From positions 8,290-72,289 of the forward strand of contig CAZDTP010000013.1 in NCBI GenBank assembly GCA_964508365.1: a stretch of 64,000 bases of DNA, read 5' to 3'. Below the pieces are notes generated by a model that was not told the DNA's origin, did not search any database, and worked only from the letters and a program-made list of their open reading frames with translations. A program made the translations under genes and the position numbers. The DNA is from an uncultured archaeon (GTDB taxonomy: Archaea; Asgardarchaeota; Lokiarchaeia; Sigyniarchaeales; SOKP01). Shown here one piece after another: positions 9,821 through 19,671 of this stretch. Positions within the stretch are counted from its first letter, which is position 1, and the number at the start of each line of letters is the position of its first letter.

Positions 9821-10921
9821 TTACGCCTCTGTTAAATAGTGGCTAAAATTTTTGATGACAAGTTTATTAGCATTATTAAACTTAGAAACATCAATTAAAC
9901 GGTTTAAATTTAATAAATTTTCTTCATTAATTTTGGAAAAATCTAACATAAATCTCTCTACAGCAGATTCCAGAATTTTATTTCTATGTTTGGCAATTAA
10001 TAAGGCAGCATAACCTAATTGTGTATTAAAATTAAAAACTACAGCGCGATCTTTCATTTTTATGTGAGTTACTTGAGTTTCTACATTAGCAAGGTTAGCC
10101 AAAATATGACTTACCCCGATAAGAATACTTCCTTTTAATAGACTTTCATCAACTTCTTCTCTTGTTTGAAAGTTAAAAGAATAAAGTAGAATCCCTGACT
10201 TATGGAAAATAATTAAATCATATATTTTATTTGTAAAAACCGCAAATAGGTTAGGTTTTTTAATAGAAATACCGATAAAATATCCAATACTAATAAGATA
10301 CACTATAGAATGAAGTATCCTTAAGTAGATATCTAATGTAATAAGATATAAACTGTAAAAAAAAATGTTTAGGCTAAAAAGGAGGATAAAGATATAATAA
10401 AATTTACCTAATTTCTTGTCAGCAAAATTATGATATCCTGTTATTTGTATAATCCAAGAAAACAATATGATACAAGAATTAAATAGGATAATTGAGGTTA
10501 GTAATCCAATGTTATTAAATAAGTAGAAATATTCAAAATCTTTCTGGATAACAGTAAAAGAATCGGGAACGAAGAGTAGACTCAAAAAAATTCCTCCTAT
10601 AAAAATATAAATCAGCGCGGGTAAAAATCTTACTTTACTGTCTTTGTTTAACTCAAGGTTATGTATTGATGCAGTCATTCCTACTGAAATAATTCTTGTA
10701 ATAATTGAAATATACCAAATTATCAATGCTAAGGGGATGTCGAAGAAAATTTCTGCTGATAAATTAAACGAAATAAAGTAGGTTACTTCGCTTATGAAGA
10801 ATAATATAAGTAAAATAAAAAATCCTAATTCAGCTTCATATTTTTGTCTATTTAATATTATATAAATTATGTCAATTAAATAGATTAGAACAAAAATGCT
10901 AATAAATATGCTTGCAATCAT
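9821..10921 (-). CDS. ~7-TM membrane protein with C-terminal longin-like domain (tandem paralog)
   Basis: Same architecture; IYDLIIFHKSGILLYSFNF aligns with the 8419..9567 product. Confidence 0.65.
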   Translation of the reverse strand: MIASIFISIFVLIYLIDIIYIILNRQKYEAELGFFILLILFFISEVTYFISFNLSAEIFFDIPLALIIWYISIITRIISVGMTASIHNLELNKDSKVRFLPALIYIFIGGIFLSLLFVPDSFTVIQKDFEYFYLFNNIGLLTSIILFNSCIILFSWIIQITGYHNFADKKLGKFYYIFILLFSLNIFFYSLYLITLDIYLRILHSIVYLISIGYFIGISIKKPNLFAVFTNKIYDLIIFHKSGILLYSFNFQTREEVDESLLKGSILIGVSHILANLANVETQVTHIKMKDRAVVFNFNTQLGYAALLIAKHRNKILESAVERFMLDFSKINEENLLNLNRLIDVSKFNNANKLVIKNFSHYLTEA

Positions 10922-11060
10922 CTATTCTATTAGAAATATTTATTAATGAATTTCGTTTACTTTTTTGTCAAAGTAGATTGACAAAGTCAGCTACAAACAT
11001 ATAATGGTCTAGCAAGGTATAAGAAGTTTTACATGAGAAGTAAGATAATAAATTGATTTA

Positions 11061-11567
11061 TCAACTCACTTTCCTCTTTATATGGCCTTCTAACCAACCA
11101 ATTTTCTCCGTTTCTCGAATATCGAACTGGGAAATGTATGGCTTGATATCTAGTACAGGTGTTTTATCTAATATATCTAAATTATTGACAATTATAATAT
11201 TCTCCTTAATCTCACTAAGTTCTAGAATAGAAAAACCTATAGGATTTGGTCTAAAGGGTGTTCGGATGGCAAAGACTCCTTTAATCTCGTCTTTCAAAAA
11301 GGGTTTAGATTGTAGAGGAACAGGGAGTTTTACCATGTCAAAAAAGTAAATGCAAATAATATGAGAAAAGCCAGCTAAATCTTTCAGCGCTTTTTGGTAT
11401 TGTTGAAATATCTCTATTTTTCCTTTCGCATCAGACATAGTTGATTGAATAGGGATTCCCTTCAATTCCGTAAAGGGAGAATGGACAATTCCAATGGGTT
11501 GAAAACATATCTTGTTTGGGAATTTTCTTTCATTTGGATCAATTAATTCTCTTTTTTTGATTTCCAT
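11061..11567 (-). CDS. trmO: tRNA (t6A37) N6-methyltransferase TrmO/TsaA
   Basis: PIGIVHSPF, GVFAIRTPFRPNPIG and LDKTPVLDIKPY motifs. Confidence 0.88.
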   Translation of the reverse strand: MEIKKRELIDPNERKFPNKICFQPIGIVHSPFTELKGIPIQSTMSDAKGKIEIFQQYQKALKDLAGFSHIICIYFFDMVKLPVPLQSKPFLKDEIKGVFAIRTPFRPNPIGFSILELSEIKENIIIVNNLDILDKTPVLDIKPYISQFDIRETEKIGWLEGHIKRKVS

Positions 11568-11669
11568 ATTCTTGAAGAACTCGTAATTAAATATAAAACT
11601 TTATTCTGGTTAATAAGAATATAACTAATTAATTTTTAAATTGGATCGAGGTTTTTAGAGTATACTTTT

Positions 11670-13598
11670 ATGATTGAGTTTGAAGAATTCCTAAATGATA
11701 AAGGTTTACTTGCAAACTTAATGGAACGATATGGAATCGATCAAAGAGACAAAGAAATTTATAGCTTTTTTTATAAACTCGTAAAAAAATTATCAATCTA
11801 TAAAACGGAACAATCTCGAAACAATACTAAAAAAAGATCTGATTTTTTTAATCTCGATATAGTTGCATCAATCTATGAGGAGAATATTCCTCATTACATA
11901 AGAAAAAGAACTGGTGAATTTTATACTCCCAAATCTGTCGTAAACTATATACTCAACGGTATTGGATACACCACAAGAGGTAATATCATTACCAGAAAAA
12001 TTATGGACTTAAGTTGTGGATCAGGAAGTTTTTTAATTAAAGCAGCCAAAATACTATACGAAAAGCTATGTGATCAAATTAATGTGAAAGAAGTATCAAA
12101 AATTCCTTCGGAACAAGTAATGAATATTATTAAAACAATCAGAAATAATATTTTTGGAATTGATGTTAATCCAATTGCTTGTGTTTTATGTCAAATCAAT
12201 TTATATTTCACTCTTTTTGAGCTCTTCAAGATTATTTCTGAGGATAGGAAAAATTATTCAGTTATAATGTTCAATATCTATAATAAGAACACTATTCATA
12301 TAGAATTAGATTGCAAATTTGATTATGTGGTAGGAAATCCGCCATATTTGTTTATCCGAGCGATTCCATTAGATATGAAGAGAGAAATAGAAAAATTAAT
12401 TCTTGAAACAAACAAGGGACAATATGATTTATATCAGATCTTTATCGAAATTGGTCTTAAACTATTGAGAGAAGGGGGATTACTAGGATATATTGTCCCT
12501 GATTCTATATTAGCGTTAACAAACCGGAAATTATTACGAAAATTTATCTTTAATTCAACCAAGATCAAAGAATTATGTCATCTGGGTCCGGCATTCAGAA
12601 ATCCAAAAGTTTCTAATCTAATCTTGATATTACAAAAAGAATTAAACTTGAAAAAAAGATTAAATAATAAAATTTCAATTAAAAAATCATTGAATAAAAA
12701 CTCTCAAATTTCATATATAAAACAAGAAGCGATTAAAAAACACGATTATAAGTTTGTTATTAACTTGAATCAGAGAGATGTAGAAATTTTAGATTACTTG
12801 AAGTCAAATTTTCCAAAACTATCAGATTTAATGAATGACACTCGATTTAGTATATCACTGAAACGAGGAGTAGAGATTGGCAAGGAAGGTTATATTGTTT
12901 ACTGTGAGACATGCCAAATGTATCATCCTCTTCCAAAAAAACATTTAGTCTGTAAGGTCTGCGGATCTCCTTTAAAGGAAAAATTTGTTGATAAAATTAT
13001 ATTAGACAGTATTCCAGAAGGATTAGAAAATAGATTTCAACCTTTTTTATATTCAATAAATAGGTATTCCGCAAATAATTTTAAATATATTAGACTTGGG
13101 ATGGAAGGAATTAATTACAAAGGTGAAGACACTTTTAAAAAACGAATTGTAATTAGACAATTAAGTCAGGAGAACCATATATGTGCCACTTATAATGAAA
13201 ATGCTTGGACATCTCAATCAATTTATAATCTTGAAATAGTAAGAACTCCAGTTTTAGAATTTAATCATTATTACCTTCTTGGTCTTTTAAACTCCCATTT
13301 ACTCTCATATTATTTTTTAAAATCGTTTGGATCTTATAAAATTTTTTTTCCAAGAATTCTTATTGAAAAACTAAAAAATTTGCCAATTAAAGTTCCGCAA
13401 AGCCATAGTGAAAAAGAATTAGCAGAAGAGATCAAAGAAAAAGTTCTCAAATTACTTCAAATTATTCAAAAAAATAGTATAGAAGCAAAAAATCTAACGA
13501 ACCAAGTAGAAGTTATTGTTCAAAAACTGTATAAAATTCCTCAGATTGATTTTCAATATATAGTAAGATCAACAATGGGATTAAATATTAAAAATTAA
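11670..13598 (+). CDS. N6-adenine DNA methyltransferase (gamma class, Eco57I/TaqI-like) with C-terminal target-recognition region
   Basis: GEFYTP, DLSCGSGSFL (SAM motif I), GNPPY (motif IV); CxxC...CxxC segment in the C-terminal half. Confidence 0.88.
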   Translation: MIEFEEFLNDKGLLANLMERYGIDQRDKEIYSFFYKLVKKLSIYKTEQSRNNTKKRSDFFNLDIVASIYEENIPHYIRKRTGEFYTPKSVVNYILNGIGYTTRGNIITRKIMDLSCGSGSFLIKAAKILYEKLCDQINVKEVSKIPSEQVMNIIKTIRNNIFGIDVNPIACVLCQINLYFTLFELFKIISEDRKNYSVIMFNIYNKNTIHIELDCKFDYVVGNPPYLFIRAIPLDMKREIEKLILETNKGQYDLYQIFIEIGLKLLREGGLLGYIVPDSILALTNRKLLRKFIFNSTKIKELCHLGPAFRNPKVSNLILILQKELNLKKRLNNKISIKKSLNKNSQISYIKQEAIKKHDYKFVINLNQRDVEILDYLKSNFPKLSDLMNDTRFSISLKRGVEIGKEGYIVYCETCQMYHPLPKKHLVCKVCGSPLKEKFVDKIILDSIPEGLENRFQPFLYSINRYSANNFKYIRLGMEGINYKGEDTFKKRIVIRQLSQENHICATYNENAWTSQSIYNLEIVRTPVLEFNHYYLLGLLNSHLLSYYFLKSFGSYKIFFPRILIEKLKNLPIKVPQSHSEKELAEEIKEKVLKLLQIIQKNSIEAKNLTNQVEVIVQKLYKIPQIDFQYIVRSTMGLNIKN

Positions 13599-13611
13599 CA
13601 ATTAGATGCTA

Positions 13612-13803
13612 TTAAAATTGAGAATCTAAGAACGAAGGATTACTCAATTCCTTCTTACCAACATACATTTTTAAGATAGTATCCCATTTTTCTGCCAAAT
13701 CTTTTAAACCCGTTTTTTCAAAAAGATTTACAGCTCTAAACATGATCTCTTCTATTTTGTTCTCTTCAGACCTACTGTCTCTTAAATGCAAATTATCTAC
13801 CAT
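13612..13803 (-). CDS. Small hypothetical protein
   Basis: 63 aa with ATG start in an intergenic gap; helical composition. Confidence 0.5.
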   Translation of the reverse strand: MVDNLHLRDSRSEENKIEEIMFRAVNLFEKTGLKDLAEKWDTILKMYVGKKELSNPSFLDSQF

Positions 13804-14011
13804 AAAATAATGAAGAAATAATTTGAATAAAAAGAGAAATAATATTGTGATATAACCTAAAAAATGGGATTCTAATTTCTCCGAGAAATCCCTACTACCT
13901 TGAAAAAAGATGTTGTATGATAAACAAGAAGAAATGGTTATTTCTATATCTTTTATAGCTATATTTATATTATTTAAAACAATAATATTTTTAATAAGAC
14001 GTACTTAGAAG

Positions 14012-14998
14012 TTGAATTCAATGGAAAGTTTACCTAATATTGATTTACTTGAATCGTTATTAGAAAATTACATGTTCGATATTGATGGAGCTATTGCAGT
14101 GGCAATTTGCGACAGAGATGGTTTTATTATCGCTTCGGATAGCAAAGAAAAATCGGGAAAAGAATCTGATTCGGTGATGGGGGCAATATCAGCTTTTTTA
14201 GACATCTATATCGATCGGATTAAAGACGAGTTCCAGACACAAAGCAACTTTTTCAACATAACTTCTATGCAAGATAAGAAATTTGCTTATTGCTCGATGG
14301 GTTCACGCTCAATATTGACAACTATCGCGGATCCTAAAACATCTGACTTAGAATTACGAATATATTCTGAATATATAGCGGGGAAAGTGGAACTTGTTCT
14401 TGAGGGATTTGATAATGTTTCTACAGAGATTCCGGAGATAATTCGCGTTTTATCAAAAAGAAGGGAAGGAAAATTACCAAAAGGTGAATTCACATCGAAA
14501 TTAATACTGACCGGAGATTTTAAAGTGGGAAAATCATCCCTTATTAAAAGATTTATCGAAAACATGTTTAACGAAAGTTATATAGCTACCATTGGGGTAG
14601 AGATCTCAAAAAAATCCGTTGTAATGGACGAAGAAACCATTGTTAATTTTGTTTTGTGGGATATTGGAGGTCAGATCAGCTCAATGGCACCATATAGGCA
14701 TAGGTTTTACGAAGGAGCAAGTGCAGCGTTTATAGTAATAGATAGAACCCGATTAAATAATTTAGAAAGTGTAAAAACCTGGTATAAGGAAATTAAAAAA
14801 TCAGTCTCACGTGATATACCGGTAGTGATAGTTGGTAATAAATCAGATTTACAGAATGAATTAGTAATCAGTGAAGAAGAAATAAAAGTAGTTGCTAGAG
14901 AACTCGGTTTCCACTATATTTTAACATCAGCACTAACGGGGGAAAATGTTAACGAAGCGTTCCTTTATATTGCTTACAGATTCATAGAGAAAGCGTAA
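14012..14998 (+). CDS. Roadblock/LC7 (MglB-like) domain fused to a Rab-like small GTPase
   Basis: N-terminus AVAICDRDGFIIAS...AISAFL (roadblock pattern); C-terminus G1 GDFKVGKSS, G2 IATIG, G3 WDIGGQ, G4 NKSD, G5 TSAL. Confidence 0.85.
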   Translation: MNSMESLPNIDLLESLLENYMFDIDGAIAVAICDRDGFIIASDSKEKSGKESDSVMGAISAFLDIYIDRIKDEFQTQSNFFNITSMQDKKFAYCSMGSRSILTTIADPKTSDLELRIYSEYIAGKVELVLEGFDNVSTEIPEIIRVLSKRREGKLPKGEFTSKLILTGDFKVGKSSLIKRFIENMFNESYIATIGVEISKKSVVMDEETIVNFVLWDIGGQISSMAPYRHRFYEGASAAFIVIDRTRLNNLESVKTWYKEIKKSVSRDIPVVIVGNKSDLQNELVISEEEIKVVARELGFHYILTSALTGENVNEAFLYIAYRFIEKA

Positions 14999-15168
14999 AT
15001 CATTATAAACAAACTTTTTAAATCTCATACTAATTCTTAAATTAGTAAGATCACAATTGAATTTTAAAAATAAAATAGTTAATAAAAATCAAAGGAGGTT
15101 ATCAAAAAATAGTACTAAAAGTTATATTCAACGAAGTTTTGGCTGCTTGAAACCAATCTGGCTACTTA

Positions 15169-16035
15169 ATGGGCTTTTCTATTAAAGAACTAACATATAA
15201 AGGGAAAAAACTTATAGAACTGACAGAACAAGTGTTTGCTGGTCCGTGGTTTAGTTTTAAACTTAAAAACAAGAGTTTAGAGCCTATTGGTGTGCTCCTA
15301 AAAAATGTCGAATCAACTCCGATCTATAAAATGGTTAATAGTCGTACTGGAACCACAATTGATCGTATTACACTTGATTTTGATATAAGGGAATACCTAA
15401 GAAAATTAATCGCACTGAAAAAGATCAAACCAATTGCTCTCAGTGAACAAAATTCTCTGATTCGTTTATACATCGATGTTTTTAATCGTCCTAAAGTCAA
15501 TTATATCAATGCTTTCTTCACGATAAAAAACATTTCAGACTACGATTTACTAGATTTTTCTTTATATTTCGTCTTTGATTTTGATATCAATGGGTTAGAC
15601 GGATTTGATAACGATTTATCAGGATACGATGAAAAGAACGATGTAATTTATCAATATGATGACACTAGTTTATATGGAGGGTTTTCTCCAATATCTAGAT
15701 CAACATATTATGAAACTTGTTTAACTAAAGATTTCAATATCAGCAGTGAAAGATTAAATCTATCTAATACGCTATACGATCAACCAGGAGAAATTTTATC
15801 TGCCTTACAAATCGAATTTAAAACTTTAAAACCGGATCAGTCGTTTCAGACATCTCTAACTATTTCTGGAGCATTAAGTAAGGAGGAACTTATAAAAAGC
15901 ATCAACGAAGGTAAAATCAACGCAATGAAGTTTTTGTCTCAAGTAAACAGATCGGTTAAATCGAAACAGAGAAACGAACAAGAAGAAGCTTTCATTAAAC
16001 TTAATCTCAAAGAATCCGTTGATTGTAATGATTAA
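15169..16035 (+). CDS. Hypothetical protein, beta-rich central region
   Basis: 288 aa uninterrupted ORF; no family recognised. Confidence 0.7.
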   Translation: MGFSIKELTYKGKKLIELTEQVFAGPWFSFKLKNKSLEPIGVLLKNVESTPIYKMVNSRTGTTIDRITLDFDIREYLRKLIALKKIKPIALSEQNSLIRLYIDVFNRPKVNYINAFFTIKNISDYDLLDFSLYFVFDFDINGLDGFDNDLSGYDEKNDVIYQYDDTSLYGGFSPISRSTYYETCLTKDFNISSERLNLSNTLYDQPGEILSALQIEFKTLKPDQSFQTSLTISGALSKEELIKSINEGKINAMKFLSQVNRSVKSKQRNEQEEAFIKLNLKESVDCND

Positions 16036-16131
16036 ACCGAATTTAATGATTCAAATAAAAAAATCCGAAATGGAAAGTTATTTGATGAATACTCTGCGAG
16101 AGGTGGGTTTAATAAAACTCTTGATTACATT

Positions 16132-17370
16132 TTATAGGAAAAAAGAGGACATATTAAAATCATCTAAGAGAAAATCACTAATCGTAATAAGCTTAATTTT
16201 ATCAATTAGATTGGCTTTGTTGAGGTATGCTTTCAAAAATGGTTTCAAATTTATATCTTTATCAAATTTAGAGTTAATTAAAATTATATAGCTTTTTATG
16301 TTTTTATCAATTAGAATCCCTTCTAGATATCTAAGTACAGTATTTTCTTTTAGTTTTTCATTTAGTTCATTACTAATCTTAACTTGATTAAAGATTTCCT
16401 CTTCGATTAAGAGATAATCTAATATGACTTCTATTTCTTCTGCACTTTTAAGGTAGACTACCCCTTTTTGTTTCTGTTTTTCAATTTGAATCTTGATTTT
16501 TTCGTTTCGAGCTTTTTCGTATAATTTATACATCATAAACTGATAATCTCTAAAAATGCCAGGTTTACTATTTTCAACTTTCTCATCGACTATTTTCTTA
16601 TAGTTTTTATTCAGCTCGTAACCTATGCCATTTCTAAAGAGACTCTTTGCCACTTTTAATGTTGTACCAGAACCCAAGAATGGATCCAAGACAGTATCAC
16701 CAATATAGGAGAACATTCTTATTATTCTATATGGAAGTTCTTCAGGAAACATTGCGATATGTTCTTTTTGTAGCACTCCCGGGAATTTCCAATGCCCAGT
16801 GAACCACTTTTTCCACTCACTCAACGGAATTTTTGACATCTCTTTTGTAATCGGATCAACTTTCCTCTTACTTTTACCTTGATATTTTTTAAAAATAAGA
16901 ATGTGCTCGTAATCGTATGTAAGCAAGCCATTTCTTGGGTAATAAATAGATCCCATTAAGGTGCAGCCTCCTGTAGTGTTAGTAGTACTAATTTTTTGCC
17001 AAATTATATCTCCTAGAAAATCGAAACCTAACTCCAAACAATCAGTTATAATGTTACTAGCGATTGATAAAACCCGATATCTTCCAAATTCAGAAGTTCT
17101 TAGATATTGATCTCCTATATTTATAACCATTCTGCATTGAGATTCGAGGACTCGATAACATTCAGACCAAACTTGCTTTAACCTTTTAAAATAGTCATCA
17201 AAAGTCCCAAAAAAACCTATTTGATTCTGATTACCATAATCTTTAATTTTACCGTATGGAGGTGATGTAACTATTAATTGAATTGAGTCGTCTAAAACCT
17301 CCCCCATACTTTCTGAAGATTTAAAATAGACTTTAGGCTCTTGAGTTTTAAACAAGTTTCCTGCGTTCAA
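16132..17370 (-). CDS. Site-specific DNA methyltransferase (N4-C/N6-A, beta class) with C-terminal extension
   Basis: TSPPY (motif IV) precedes DPFLGSGTT (motif I); HIAMFPEELP. Confidence 0.88.
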   Translation of the reverse strand: MNAGNLFKTQEPKVYFKSSESMGEVLDDSIQLIVTSPPYGKIKDYGNQNQIGFFGTFDDYFKRLKQVWSECYRVLESQCRMVINIGDQYLRTSEFGRYRVLSIASNIITDCLELGFDFLGDIIWQKISTTNTTGGCTLMGSIYYPRNGLLTYDYEHILIFKKYQGKSKRKVDPITKEMSKIPLSEWKKWFTGHWKFPGVLQKEHIAMFPEELPYRIIRMFSYIGDTVLDPFLGSGTTLKVAKSLFRNGIGYELNKNYKKIVDEKVENSKPGIFRDYQFMMYKLYEKARNEKIKIQIEKQKQKGVVYLKSAEEIEVILDYLLIEEEIFNQVKISNELNEKLKENTVLRYLEGILIDKNIKSYIILINSKFDKDINLKPFLKAYLNKANLIDKIKLITISDFLLDDFNMSSFFL

Positions 17371-17493
17371 TTAAAAGCACATTTTTTTTTTTGCTTTTTC
17401 TTTAAATTTATATATAAAAGTTTTCACTGGTTAATTAATGGAATTCATCATATATAATTGATGAAAGTCTGAAAGCAACAGTGATCAATTTTT

Positions 17494-18408
17494 ATGGGAA
17501 AGAAGATATTATTATTAGGGAGAGCTGGTGCAGGAAAATCTACTTTAAAAGAAATCATTTTTGAGGGCAATAATCCAGATGAACTATTGATACATTCCCT
17601 CGCACCTACTCGGGGGATAGAAACATCAGTTTATTCTTGGTTGGATATAGAATTAAGCGTTTTTGATACTTCGGGACAAGAGCTCAAAAATCTATTAAAA
17701 GACGAATCAGAACAATTACTCGCATTTGGAGGCGTAGATATAGTTATATATATTTTTGATTATGAAATCTGGCATAGTGATTCGCAGGATATAGCAGAAG
17801 AAATACAAGAAGTGAACAAAATTATAAGAAGGATCAATAAACAGGCGCAATTAATATTAATTTTCCATAAAATCGATCTTATTCCAAAAATTATTCGAAA
17901 CAATGTTAAAATACTCACCTATCAAATTCAGAGCATCATTAACTTACCTATAAAACATTCAGTGTATTTCACGAGTATAGCCCAAGATTATATCTATAGC
18001 GTCCATAATGCGTTTTCAGAAATTATAAGTAGGTTTTCTGAGAAAAACTTTTCTTTAAAGAAAGCACTCGATTCTACCATTACAAATTTTCCCGAATGTA
18101 TTTGCTACATAACAGATTATAACAATAGTATTATAGTTCAATCAAAATCTGACGACTTTAATATCAACCTAATTTACGAATCGTATAGAATTTTTTACCA
18201 CTTGTCTCAAGATAACAAGATTTCAACTTATAACGATGGAAAGCCACACTTGCTAAATGTAGACGATAAAATTTTGAGAATGTTAATGATTCCCCTTGAA
18301 GCGCCAAATTTAAACCTTAAATTACTCGTAGTTGCGACTGAATCACTTGAGGAAGGCCTTTTAAATAGCCTAGCGAAGAAGATTCTGAGCAATCTAAATA
18401 TTTATTGA
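17494..18408 (+). CDS. Rag/Gtr-like small GTPase with C-terminal roadblock-like domain
   Basis: G1 GRAGAGKST, G2 APT, G3 DTSGQ, Rag-type G4 HKID; C-terminal CICYITDYNNSIIVQS (roadblock-like). Confidence 0.8.
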   Translation: MGKKILLLGRAGAGKSTLKEIIFEGNNPDELLIHSLAPTRGIETSVYSWLDIELSVFDTSGQELKNLLKDESEQLLAFGGVDIVIYIFDYEIWHSDSQDIAEEIQEVNKIIRRINKQAQLILIFHKIDLIPKIIRNNVKILTYQIQSIINLPIKHSVYFTSIAQDYIYSVHNAFSEIISRFSEKNFSLKKALDSTITNFPECICYITDYNNSIIVQSKSDDFNINLIYESYRIFYHLSQDNKISTYNDGKPHLLNVDDKILRMLMIPLEAPNLNLKLLVVATESLEEGLLNSLAKKILSNLNIY

Positions 18409-18437
18409 GACTTTTGAAAACTAGAATTATCAAAAAC

Positions 18438-19538
18438 TTATTTTTTCGTTTGTTGAAAATATCCAACGATTCGTAGTTTATCTTCGAAACGGTTAAGTTC
18501 CGTTATAATCCCTTTTAATCCTTCCCCACTATGAAATACTGATTTATCAAAACGAATCTTCATAACCCCACTTTTACCAGGGATGATATTTTGACCATCA
18601 ATAAATTTAAAAGGAGAAAGTGTTAAATTTATTAGACCATAAAACTGGAACCCATCATTAGATTTAATCATCCCACTTTTAGGTTTATAGAATTGACTAA
18701 CAAAAACTTCGGCTTCAATTTCTTTTTCCCGTTTAAAGATGCCAGGAGTAACAATGATGTTGTCGCGGCTTATATCTTTAGGAGAGATATTACCTTTTAA
18801 AGCGAGACCTACTCTATCACCTTCATAAGCGACTTTGAAGTTTCTATCGTGTTTTTGAATACTCCTGATAATTACTTTCTTTACTGCGGATTCATAGCCT
18901 GTTATTTCTAACATCTGACCACTATGGACTTCGCCCTGTTTTACAATTCCAAGAATAACGGTCCCAATTCCTTTAACAGGAAATACATGGTCAATAAACA
19001 CCTCAGTGTTTCTTTCATTAACGCTAGTTTTCTGTAGAAACTCATTTCCAAGCTCTACAATTATTCTTTTTAGATTTTCATAATCCTGTTTAGCTTTAAG
19101 TTCGAAAATTTGTACGTTTTTCAAACTAGTATTCTCCAAAATCGCCCTAATTTTATTTTTCGTCTCAGTTAATTTCCAATCCGTGTTTGAATTTATTCCA
19201 GCAATTACTACCAAAACTTTAGTTCTATATAACTTTGAAAATATGTCCATTCCAACTAGTATTTCTCCAACTGAAGCATTTAATCCAATATTTAAATCTA
19301 TAGTGAGAATGTGAATATTAGATATAGCTAAAGTTTGCAAAAGCGGTTTTATCTTTTCGGGATAATCTAGGGGAGTTAAACCACAAAATACTTGATTTAA
19401 AGTCTGATCTAAACGATTGTAAAAGAGAATATCTGATTTAGTCCCTGGGGAACCCAAAGATTGACCTATTAAATTGTTTATATCGAAATTATCCCCGAGG
19501 ATTCCCACTACGAAATTTTTTTCAGCTGGTTCATTCAT
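18438..19538 (-). CDS. Archaeal SelB-like (SelBL) EF-Tu domain II protein with degenerate G domain
   Basis: IDHVFPVKGIGTVILGIV, IRSIQKHD and GDRVGLALKG of EF-Tu/SelB domain II; no GxxxxGKT P-loop. Confidence 0.8.
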   Translation of the reverse strand: MNEPAEKNFVVGILGDNFDINNLIGQSLGSPGTKSDILFYNRLDQTLNQVFCGLTPLDYPEKIKPLLQTLAISNIHILTIDLNIGLNASVGEILVGMDIFSKLYRTKVLVVIAGINSNTDWKLTETKNKIRAILENTSLKNVQIFELKAKQDYENLKRIIVELGNEFLQKTSVNERNTEVFIDHVFPVKGIGTVILGIVKQGEVHSGQMLEITGYESAVKKVIIRSIQKHDRNFKVAYEGDRVGLALKGNISPKDISRDNIIVTPGIFKREKEIEAEVFVSQFYKPKSGMIKSNDGFQFYGLINLTLSPFKFIDGQNIIPGKSGVMKIRFDKSVFHSGEGLKGIITELNRFEDKLRIVGYFQQTKK

Positions 19539-19671
19539 TAGCTTTATTAAATATTGAAATCATCAAAAACTTTTTGAAATTCTACTTCAATGGAAATCCA
19601 CGCCAGAATAAAAACAAAATTATTAACTGAGAGCAAATTAATTAACTAAAAAAAAAGAAATTATTTTAATT

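Noticed and set aside
15169-16035. Restriction endonuclease partner of the neighbouring methylases
   Set aside because: No recognisable PD-(D/E)xK, HNH or GIY-YIG motif.
18438-19538. True selenocysteine elongation factor SelB or a nearby selenoprotein
   Set aside because: It lacks the GTP-binding motifs, and no recognised gene in the window shows an in-frame TGA.
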